DNA of 64,000 bases from an uncultured virus (IMG/VR IMGVR_UViG_3300014205_000203) (lineage: Duplodnaviria > Heunggongvirae > Uroviricota > Caudoviricetes), in IMG/VR virus record IMGVR_UViG_3300014205_000203; one strand, given 5' to 3'. This document shows, in pieces, positions 17,031-25,248 of this stretch (position 1 is the first letter of the stretch; each line of letters begins with the position of its first letter). Under the pieces are notes generated by a model, which was not told where the DNA came from, ran no database searches, and was given only the letters and a program-made list of their open reading frames with translations. The translations under genes were made by a program, and so were the position numbers.

Positions 17031-17064
17031 AAAGAAAAAGGGAGAACCGTACAGCTCTCCCTTT
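17031..17064 (-). terminator. Intrinsic terminator after the capsid block
   Basis: On the minus strand, AAAGGGAGAGC-TGTAC-GGTTCTCCCTTT is followed by TTCTTT. Confidence 0.75.
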
Positions 17065-17094
17065 AACGGTTATTAATTTTCGTTGCCGGGCTCC

Positions 17095-17751
17095 TTATGA
17101 TGTTTTGTTACATGCAATGAAGCAAACTTTCTTCACTGATGTTGTACGCAACCTGATAGTTTCGTCAGCCGGGTTACTCCATGTACCTGCAGAAGCGGCG
17201 TTGGCGTTCAGGTAGATAACCAGCGCAGCAATAGAAACACTTCCTGTACCAAAGGTTTGCTGTACCACCAATGTATCATCAACTTCAACTCTTGCTACAT
17301 ATACTGCACCACCAGTCAACGGGCTTTGCACTGCAAAGAACGCATCATAGTTTGTACTGCCGCCGTCAGAAATACAAGTGTCCTGACAGGTAGCCATATC
17401 AACAAGATCATCAACAACCAATGTTGGAATTGGTGAAGCATCGCAACATGCAGCAGCAGCAGCAGAATATTCAGCAATAGTTCCCAGTACAATATAGGTA
17501 TCGCCGGTGATAGAATTTTTCATTTTGAAGCAAGGCAAAGAATCATTTGTTGGCGCTGTATCTGCTATTACATAACGGAATCCCTGAAAATAAGGTTCCT
17601 TCTGTGGAACTGCCCAATAGTCTGCAATGGTTACAGCTGCAGTTCCTACGGGAATTGGCATTACCCTGCCGTAATTACCGCATGGGTTACAGATATATGC
17701 GTTTGCTTCATTTTTTTGAAGCACGGTTGCTTGAAGTGTAGGTAAAGACAT
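17095..17751 (-). CDS. Putative capsid decoration/auxiliary protein
   Basis: Ala/Thr/Val-rich 218 aa ORF, last gene before the capsid-block terminator. Call is positional. Confidence 0.45.
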   Translation of the reverse strand: MSLPTLQATVLQKNEANAYICNPCGNYGRVMPIPVGTAAVTIADYWAVPQKEPYFQGFRYVIADTAPTNDSLPCFKMKNSITGDTYIVLGTIAEYSAAAAACCDASPIPTLVVDDLVDMATCQDTCISDGGSTNYDAFFAVQSPLTGGAVYVARVEVDDTLVVQQTFGTGSVSIAALVIYLNANAASAGTWSNPADETIRLRTTSVKKVCFIACNKTS

Positions 17752-17785
17752 GATGTTTATTTTTTTTACTTTTTAAAAATGGTTT

Positions 17786-18709
17786 TTATACTGTGGCTGC
17801 TTTTGCTGCATCCAGTCTGGCTTTAAATAACTCATACGCTTCTTTACCCTCTGGCCTTTGATAAAAATTACCCAAAGCGGCTAACTTCTTTTCAGGAGTA
17901 TTTTGCACGTTGGAAAATTTTCTTATTACTTCGCTGGTTTCAGGATAAACAACCGAATCGCCTTCAATTGCAATTACTTTTAGTTCAATGGCGTGTTTAA
18001 TTTCAATGCCTATCGCCTGGTCAACTTCTTTTACCAGTTTCATAAACACATCGGGTTTGGCTTTAGCAAAGGCAATTAATGCGCTTACCTTCAAAGCCGG
18101 GTCCAGATCAGCGGCGATACCGAAATTAGGTATAACCCTATCTATTTCAACTTCATTGTATTCGTAACCATCACCCTTTGCTTTTACCAACTTGCTGTTG
18201 ATAAAGCCCATTGCCTGGGCAACCTTAAGATCAATAATGTTTTTATCGTCAGCCTTTTTTGCCGGTTTTACTTCTTTGAATACAGGTGGCAGTAATGGAT
18301 TACCCTCTGCGTTTAATGGCCTGTCAGGGTTACTTGCATTTTGAGCATGTTTTTTTGCCCAATTATATTGTCCTACATAAGCACCATTGTTAGGAACAAT
18401 TAAGAAACCATGTACAAAAACAATTTTATCACGAAGCGAAGTTGACATTTTAGCTTCTTCCTGCTTTGTTTTGATGATCTCCTGTTGCCCGTAAATGTAA
18501 CGGGTAACAACATTTATCATTACCTTCTCATCATCCGGGGATGGTTGCTGAATCATAGAGGTATTCATTATAACCCTGTGTTTAGGGTGAATAATGCGTA
18601 TTCTTTGATCTTCCGGTAATTCTACCGTGTCCTCACGGACAAAACCAGATCCTTCTCTGTTAAGAGGTATCAATTCAAGAATAAGAATGTCGTACTTTGC
18701 CTTGCTCAT
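17786..18709 (-). CDS. Hypothetical protein adjacent to the major capsid protein
   Basis: 307 aa ORF directly downstream of the MCP candidate. Confidence 0.7.
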   Translation of the reverse strand: MSKAKYDILILELIPLNREGSGFVREDTVELPEDQRIRIIHPKHRVIMNTSMIQQPSPDDEKVMINVVTRYIYGQQEIIKTKQEEAKMSTSLRDKIVFVHGFLIVPNNGAYVGQYNWAKKHAQNASNPDRPLNAEGNPLLPPVFKEVKPAKKADDKNIIDLKVAQAMGFINSKLVKAKGDGYEYNEVEIDRVIPNFGIAADLDPALKVSALIAFAKAKPDVFMKLVKEVDQAIGIEIKHAIELKVIAIEGDSVVYPETSEVIRKFSNVQNTPEKKLAALGNFYQRPEGKEAYELFKARLDAAKAATV

Positions 18710-18740
18710 AATAAAATTGTTTTTGTATCGGTTTATTTGA

Positions 18741-20252
18741 TTAACAGGTTAATACCGGATTTGCAACAAGATGCATTTCAGGGCTATGTACAGCCATTGT
18801 TATTGACTGAACATGGTTACCACTTATTTTTTCAGTACCATCAATTTTAAAGTGGTTGATGATGCTTTCTATATAATCTCCGGTTTCTGTCATGCCATAC
18901 TGGAAGAACTCAATAGGGGCAACTTTAGCGCCTGTTTTAAGATCAACTGTACCATCTTCGGCAATGAAAATACCTGTGTTATTAAGTTGTTCACTACCTA
19001 AGAAACGACTATCGCTCAATGCGCTTAACTCCATAAAGTTCAAAGTGAAGTTCAAACTTGCTAACCTGTAAGAATCAATACCATATTTTTCAACGGCACC
19101 TTCGCCCAGGCGTTTGTACATATCGAAATTGTAAAGAGTTTGGCCGTCAACTTTTATCATCCTGTTCAGGCTCTTAACCAAACCAGCTTTAAACGCTTTA
19201 CCGTGTTTAACGCTGAAACGATTACAACGCTTTAAACTATCCTGATACAAAACGAATGGTTCCAGATCAGTTTCCAGATCAAAACCTACGGATGGGTCAA
19301 AGTCAATTACCTGTGCAGAAGACAACAGTGTAGGCATAAGACCATAATAACCGGTATGGATGCCATCTGTTACAACTCCATACTGGCCGCTTAACAGAAC
19401 CGGGTTTGTAATGGGGCTACAGAACATTGATACTGCGTTCATGTTAATTTGCAGGGCTTCACGGCTTCTTACAGCTTCGTAAGCATCCCATGCATCATAA
19501 GGTTTACCCTGATAGTCAAACTTAGTCATGAACCTAAAAATATCTTCATAACCACGCATTAAGTCCAGTTCAACACTCCAATCCTTACGGAAACGGAATG
19601 GATTTAATTTTTGAACGTAACCAATGGTTTGAATGTCGTTTGTAGGCGCTGGGGTAGAATAGCCAGAAACCGGACGGGAAGGAGAAACAAAGTATTTAAC
19701 TCCAACCTTAATATTAACAGTAACATCTCCATCCCACGGAGCAATTTTCATCCTGTGGGAATAGTTGGTTGCTGTGTCCATCTCAACAATGGAATAAGTG
19801 ATATTATTATCCTTATCAATCAGGATATATCCAGTAGCAGGATAAGATTTTGTACCGCCGCCGCTATGTAACGCACGGTCGATGGTAACCCAGGTAGGAT
19901 CTCCTGCAGAAGCGCCTACTGCTGGTGCTGCTGCAACAATGTTGTAATCAAGATCGGTCATATACCTGTTGTATATCACCTTCGATTCTGTGGTTGCTGG
20001 ATTTTTGTAGGAGGTTCCGAAGGCTTCCATGAAGAAATTAATATCAATAGGAGCGCCACCGGCTTTAATTTCCCTAACTACATTTTTTATAAAAGAAGTC
20101 CCGAGATCAGTTCTGCCGCAATTATTTGAAGAAGAAGTGGTCGGGTTGGATTCATACATAGCGTTGAACGCTTCCATATCCAGAACATCAAGCACGGTGG
20201 CTATTTTTGTCCTGTATTGGGGTGTTTTTGAAACAAATGATGCCTTAGCCAT
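18741..20252 (-). CDS. Major capsid protein (HK97-fold, crAss-like)
   Basis: 503 aa, follows the scaffold-like gene and portal. TGYYGLMP resembles the HK97-fold GL motif. Call rests on synteny and size. Confidence 0.7.
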   Translation of the reverse strand: MAKASFVSKTPQYRTKIATVLDVLDMEAFNAMYESNPTTSSSNNCGRTDLGTSFIKNVVREIKAGGAPIDINFFMEAFGTSYKNPATTESKVIYNRYMTDLDYNIVAAAPAVGASAGDPTWVTIDRALHSGGGTKSYPATGYILIDKDNNITYSIVEMDTATNYSHRMKIAPWDGDVTVNIKVGVKYFVSPSRPVSGYSTPAPTNDIQTIGYVQKLNPFRFRKDWSVELDLMRGYEDIFRFMTKFDYQGKPYDAWDAYEAVRSREALQINMNAVSMFCSPITNPVLLSGQYGVVTDGIHTGYYGLMPTLLSSAQVIDFDPSVGFDLETDLEPFVLYQDSLKRCNRFSVKHGKAFKAGLVKSLNRMIKVDGQTLYNFDMYKRLGEGAVEKYGIDSYRLASLNFTLNFMELSALSDSRFLGSEQLNNTGIFIAEDGTVDLKTGAKVAPIEFFQYGMTETGDYIESIINHFKIDGTEKISGNHVQSITMAVHSPEMHLVANPVLTC

Positions 20253-20293
20253 AAAAATATTTTTAACGGGTTGTTTGTAATGTTTTTAAAATT

Positions 20294-21349
20294 CTACTGT
20301 TCTGCGGTTGCCATCATTTCGTCATACATTTTATCCAAATCACTACCCATATTTTCCTCTGTTACTTCAATTGCATCCATTCCGGGGTTCAGCCCTTTAC
20401 GTGCTTGAAGGTAAGTTTCCTTTTGGGTAGAATTGTAACCTTTGGCAGCCTGTGAAATTAACCGGGGACCGTGCTTTTTCCATAAAATGAAATCAGCGGT
20501 TTCCTTTAATTGTTCAGGAGTATAACCATCCCTTACAAATGTCGAAAACTGTTCATCGGCTAAAAACATATCTTCCACTTCTTTCAGGTCCGTGTCTGAA
20601 TAACCCAGCGGCACATTTACAGTGTTTTGCGGATTCTTGCTGTCAGGCACAGGCACCGTAAAATTTTGCAAACTTTTTAAAGCTGCTGAAACATCAGATT
20701 TGTAAACTGGCAAAGCGGCTTGCTTCTTTCTTTCGAAATTAGCTTTGCTGTTAATACTCTCATGGTACTGGTCAAAGTCTTTTGGGAGATCAACAATATT
20801 TTTAAACTTGTCTTTAATTTTCATATCGGACAAGGTCATAATTTCATTTTCACGGGCAACCCTCAAAGGATCTGTTTCGTCCAGGTGTTCAAACATATAA
20901 TTTGCCACCTTTTCTTCAATAGCTTCCGGAGCCATTTCAGGAAATGCTAATGTTAGCTTTTCTCTGATCTCGGATTTTACCAATTCTTTTTTATTGGCAA
21001 GAGCCAACTGGTAGGCATCGTAATCTTCTTTTTTGAATTTACCATTTGCCAAACCGTAAGTAAGCATTTCAGTGTTGCGCTTTTCTGCTTCAATTCTTAG
21101 TTCTTCTGCGGTTGGCTGTGGCTTAAAAGCCTCCAAAGCATCAAGGCTGGTAAGGTTTGCCCCGGTTCTTTTGTTAATTTCTTTCAGTAGATCTTCAGCA
21201 CTCATTTCCGGCTGTGGTGTTGGCTGGGTTTCGTCTGCCGGTGCTGCTGGGGGATATGGGTCAACATATTCCACATTCATCATTTCGGCATATTGTCTTG
21301 CCTTTACTCTTGCTTCTTCTTTTAATTCTTCTGAAATTTCTTGGCTCAT
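20294..21349 (-). CDS. Putative capsid scaffolding protein
   Basis: Acidic and helical with a Pro-rich linker, immediately upstream of the MCP. ATG 21349 (MSQEISEE) preferred. Confidence 0.6.
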   Translation of the reverse strand: MSQEISEELKEEARVKARQYAEMMNVEYVDPYPPAAPADETQPTPQPEMSAEDLLKEINKRTGANLTSLDALEAFKPQPTAEELRIEAEKRNTEMLTYGLANGKFKKEDYDAYQLALANKKELVKSEIREKLTLAFPEMAPEAIEEKVANYMFEHLDETDPLRVARENEIMTLSDMKIKDKFKNIVDLPKDFDQYHESINSKANFERKKQAALPVYKSDVSAALKSLQNFTVPVPDSKNPQNTVNVPLGYSDTDLKEVEDMFLADEQFSTFVRDGYTPEQLKETADFILWKKHGPRLISQAAKGYNSTQKETYLQARKGLNPGMDAIEVTEENMGSDLDKMYDEMMATAEQ

Positions 21350-21445
21350 AAAAAAAATATTGCACAGTAAAAGTATATCTGTATTTGGATAATAATTGCG
21401 GTTTGTGTAGATTGCAAGGACTTTCATCCTTATTAATAAATAGAA

Positions 21446-21766
21446 ATGCCATCTTCAACACAAATCCAAATTACCAGAACCGAGGGAGAATGGGGCCTCA
21501 TAATGAATAAACTTTGCCCTCCTGGTGATAATGCCAGTAAGATGGTTTCACGCCACATTCGCCGGGAAGTACTCAAAATAAAAAACAGATTAACCACTGT
21601 ACCGGAAAGCGTGACATGGATGGGTGGCGACCAGGTGAAGAAAAGATTTTACATTGACAATGCCATAATGGAAGATATTGTGTTCATAGCAACCTGCATG
21701 AAAGTTTCTGAACAATTTGTTATAGATCGATTAATTGTTACTCCACTCTTACAACCTCAACCATGA
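21446..21766 (+). CDS. Possible ribbon-helix-helix DNA-binding protein
   Basis: KKRFYID followed by two helices fits an RHH-like pattern; divergent from the capsid operon. Confidence 0.4.
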   Translation: MPSSTQIQITRTEGEWGLIMNKLCPPGDNASKMVSRHIRREVLKIKNRLTTVPESVTWMGGDQVKKRFYIDNAIMEDIVFIATCMKVSEQFVIDRLIVTPLLQPQP

Positions 21767-22308
21767 ATGAATATAAAGCCATAGAAGTTGCCGATTCTTT
21801 AAAGCCTTTAGATAAATTACGGTATTACATGGAGTATTTTATAAACTGTTTGCCGTCCAAAGCCTCAATTTCATTTGAGCAATTCTGTAGCCCCAAAAAC
21901 ATTATCAAACATGATGTTGGCGAAGATTGGAAAGAGTATGGTTTTGCATCACAGTGTTGGGTTAATCTTTCAGGTGGCTCTATCTATCATTCAGTTTACT
22001 ATAATTTAATTAGCGATTCCCTTAGATCAAATTATTACGTTAAGAATGTAAAAGCGGTTCGTATTCACTACCCAAACTTTAAACCAAATCAAACGCCTCC
22101 TATAATGTTCTTTGCTACTGCTGAAAACGGAAAAGATATATGGGATAACTTCGGCTTATTAACTCCAACAGATATAGCCCGTAATTCAGATGGCACACCA
22201 AAACAAGTAAAGCCAGAATACCAATGGCATGAACAAAATGCAAACTTACCTTCCCCTGCTGCCGGAACTCCTGTAACAATTACCATTACAAAAGACAATC
22301 ACGAATGA
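21763..22308 (+). CDS. Hypothetical protein
   Basis: 181 aa ORF with ATGA overlaps at both ends. Confidence 0.65.
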   Translation: MNEYKAIEVADSLKPLDKLRYYMEYFINCLPSKASISFEQFCSPKNIIKHDVGEDWKEYGFASQCWVNLSGGSIYHSVYYNLISDSLRSNYYVKNVKAVRIHYPNFKPNQTPPIMFFATAENGKDIWDNFGLLTPTDIARNSDGTPKQVKPEYQWHEQNANLPSPAAGTPVTITITKDNHE

Positions 22309-22580
22309 CAAAGAGAGAAAGGCAATACCATCTGCTAAGAAAATTATTCAAACCATGCATTATTCCTTTTTGTGGTACGCAAATGGTTTCACAAGTACGA
22401 TCAAATATAACTATCGCTGATATTGAAAAGTGTATTAAAGAATTAAAAGCCAGTATGCCGCCAGAACCCCCAAAATCTATATTTGATATACAATACTTAA
22501 CTCCTGTTCCGTGGGATGATTACGAAATATATCTGGAAAGAGAAAAACATAAACGAATGTTCAATTTATATTTTAAATAA
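22305..22580 (+). CDS. Hypothetical protein
   Basis: 91 aa ORF ending at the bidirectional terminator. Confidence 0.6.
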   Translation: MTKRERQYHLLRKLFKPCIIPFCGTQMVSQVRSNITIADIEKCIKELKASMPPEPPKSIFDIQYLTPVPWDDYEIYLEREKHKRMFNLYFK

Positions 22581-22612
22581 AAAATGGTACTGAAATCAGT
22601 ACCATTTTTTTT
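22579..22612. terminator. Bidirectional intrinsic terminator
   Basis: AAAAAATGGTACTG-AAAT-CAGTACCATTTTTTTT is a perfect inverted repeat with A/T tracts on both sides, between convergent genes. Confidence 0.88.
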
Positions 22613-22629
22613 ACAGGCCATTTTAAAAA

Positions 22630-22731
22630 TTACTTCTTTTTTGTTGGCACCACCTTCTTAGTGATTTTACTGCCTGAATTTTTCTTGGTAATTTCTGCGG
22701 CTGTGCCTTTTGCTTTTGACTGTTTTTTCAT
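22630..22731 (-). CDS. Tiny Lys-rich basic peptide (33 aa, not in ORF track)
   Basis: MKKQSKAKGTAAEITKKNSGSKITKKVVPTKKK with an A-rich leader. It fills the space between the portal stop and the terminator. Confidence 0.6.
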   Translation of the reverse strand: MKKQSKAKGTAAEITKKNSGSKITKKVVPTKKK

Positions 22732-22754
22732 TTTGTAAATTTTAATATTAATAA

Positions 22755-25214
22755 TTATACCCCGGGATTCTCTGTAATTAAAGATTTTTGAAGTTGTATT
22801 GTTGCCTTATCCTGTAATTGATCTTTTTCGTTTTCTACTTTCTGGTTTTCTTTTTCAACTGCAGCACCAGCGTTTGTATCTGCAACATACTGCTTACCTT
22901 CTAACATCTTATCGGCAGAATAAACATATCCATTGGTACGTATTCTTTCCTGCAATGTTTTTGCATCTGCTTTATACTTCTCAATATTAAACAGGTTACC
23001 AGATTTTTTATCTTCCATTGCCATAGCAAAATCATTGGCTGCTTTAACCTGTGCCTCTTTCCTGCGTTCTCCTTTTTCTTGGAAGAAGGCAGATTGTTTT
23101 GCAGCAACACGGGGATCATCAATAAGTTTAAGCAACTGGTATTCTGCGAATGTGATAAGCCCTTTTTGAAAAGCCAACTGCGCTTCTACAAGTTGCGCTT
23201 GTTTATCCGGCCAGTTAGAATATGATGTAGCTGTGATTGCGTATCTGCGTGGTGTAGCATCTGAAATAGAAGCAAGATCACTTACTATATCGTGCCCTAC
23301 CATTTTATACAAAAATTTGTATGCAACGGTTTGCGGAAACTTTAAAATATCCTGTGTATAGTTTAACATGATATCAGCAGTACTTCTAAATGACTGATCT
23401 ATCATTCTCGGAATGTAGCCGGTGGCGGCTCTTGACATTCTTAAATAAAGTTCATTCAATTTTTGTCCGTCCCGTGGGTTTGGTGCCTGGGCATTTGCTA
23501 TACCGGACATTCCAAATTTATCTGCCACCTGTTGTTCTGCCCAGTCCAAAACTATTTCACGAAGTTGTATTGCAAGAGCATCAAGCGCACCAGGTATTTT
23601 TGTATGACCAGAACCACCGCCGCCGCCGATCGGCTGGCCGTCAATATTCGGGTTAGTGTGAATCCTGATTAATTTTTTATCGAATTTCTCAATAAGCTTA
23701 TCAACCATATCACCAAATTTCCCGGCATCCTGTGGGGTCATAGCACCCTGTTTGTTTAATGCTGCCGCCATTCCTTTTGCCACATCTCTTATACTTTCAT
23801 AGGAATAATCCCAAATATCAGGTTTTGATCTGTGGATGGTCCATAGCATTTTAAAATAAGCATAGTTGGCAAGATCGATGTAGTTTTCAACAATACCCAC
23901 ACCGCTTAAACCTTCTTCGTGGGCTATTGTAATTGAACCTGCGCTAAATTCATCACATTGCCCCATAGTAGGCATCATGTACATATCTCCATAAGCATAC
24001 AATCTCTGGCTAATGGTTCCGGTTGCAAGGTAATAGCTTTGCAATGTTTTGAAATAGCCGTATTCTTCTTTTACCCAGGGAGTTTTAACCGGTGGTACAT
24101 AACTGGGGTCAACAGTAAACATTTGCCCATTTTCTGTATTCCTTTTTTCTGCATGAAGACAGTATTGCGGCCATTCAATAAATCCAAAAAACACTTTGTA
24201 GTTATAGTATTCAGAAGTATCGCAGTCAAGGTATCTAAGTTCTCTTTCGGGGGTTCCTTTTTCTTCTTGTAAGGTTCCAGTGGTATTAAAATCAACAGCA
24301 TTATAATTTTTACCACCATAGATAAATCCATCAAACTGGTTGGTAGTTCCGCTGCCATAGTTTATTGCTAATAATAGCTGCCTCCAATCACGTTCAAAAT
24401 CAAACTTATCTCCCAGCGTATTCATTAATTCCTGAATAGTTATTTGTCTTTCCCATCCCTTACAAGCTGCATCAGAGCCATCACGGGCATTTCCTTTAAC
24501 CCAAAAAGTTTGGTTTGGTTGAAGATACTTTGTAATTACCTGCCCGGTTAACCGGCTTACATAATCCTGTTTACAGATACATTTTACAGCTATGGTATCA
24601 TTAACGTAACGTGGAATATCTAATTCGGCTTTGTTTACAGTAAGGTAAGAAAGAACAGTAGTTTGAGCAGCTATTTCGTAGTTCAGTTTGTAATGCGTGT
24701 CGAAGAAGTACTTAACCTCCGATTCATCCTGTGGATTTAATCCCATCTTGGTAAATTCCTGCACATTACCATTAAAATCTTTTTCACGTAAAGCATAAGG
24801 TGTTTTGATGCCTACCTTTTCTCTAACCTTATTTACTTCTGTGGTATGCTCCTGCATTTTTTTAAGCCTGAACATATCCTGTTTCTTATCAACGGTTGCA
24901 GAAGGATCTACCGCTTCTATGTATGGCTTAATGCCAGCTTCACGGGCCTGTTCGATAATAATGTTCCTGGTCTTTTCCATAATGGGCAATGGCCGGAACT
25001 TTGTATGCTTTAAAAATTCTTCATCAGTAAAATAACGCTTAACAGTATCAGTTAAGTCTTGACAGGAAAGAAGAAGGGTTTTCATGCGCCTGTAATAATT
25101 AGTTTCTATCACAGGTTGCCAATATCTACGAAATGCCGAAACAGAAGTGTTTGCCCAGTCGTAGTCCATTTTGGATGGGTTAGATTCCCGTAAATTACTA
25201 TATGGGGGTAGCAT
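22755..25214 (-). CDS. Portal protein
   Basis: 819 aa, directly downstream of the terminase. PLPIMEK near the N-terminus, a KFGMSG wing-like segment and a C-terminal coiled coil. Confidence 0.75.
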   Translation of the reverse strand: MLPPYSNLRESNPSKMDYDWANTSVSAFRRYWQPVIETNYYRRMKTLLLSCQDLTDTVKRYFTDEEFLKHTKFRPLPIMEKTRNIIIEQAREAGIKPYIEAVDPSATVDKKQDMFRLKKMQEHTTEVNKVREKVGIKTPYALREKDFNGNVQEFTKMGLNPQDESEVKYFFDTHYKLNYEIAAQTTVLSYLTVNKAELDIPRYVNDTIAVKCICKQDYVSRLTGQVITKYLQPNQTFWVKGNARDGSDAACKGWERQITIQELMNTLGDKFDFERDWRQLLLAINYGSGTTNQFDGFIYGGKNYNAVDFNTTGTLQEEKGTPERELRYLDCDTSEYYNYKVFFGFIEWPQYCLHAEKRNTENGQMFTVDPSYVPPVKTPWVKEEYGYFKTLQSYYLATGTISQRLYAYGDMYMMPTMGQCDEFSAGSITIAHEEGLSGVGIVENYIDLANYAYFKMLWTIHRSKPDIWDYSYESIRDVAKGMAAALNKQGAMTPQDAGKFGDMVDKLIEKFDKKLIRIHTNPNIDGQPIGGGGGSGHTKIPGALDALAIQLREIVLDWAEQQVADKFGMSGIANAQAPNPRDGQKLNELYLRMSRAATGYIPRMIDQSFRSTADIMLNYTQDILKFPQTVAYKFLYKMVGHDIVSDLASISDATPRRYAITATSYSNWPDKQAQLVEAQLAFQKGLITFAEYQLLKLIDDPRVAAKQSAFFQEKGERRKEAQVKAANDFAMAMEDKKSGNLFNIEKYKADAKTLQERIRTNGYVYSADKMLEGKQYVADTNAGAAVEKENQKVENEKDQLQDKATIQLQKSLITENPGV

Positions 25215-25248
25215 TGGCTTATATATTTTTTATAAAAGTACTCATTTT

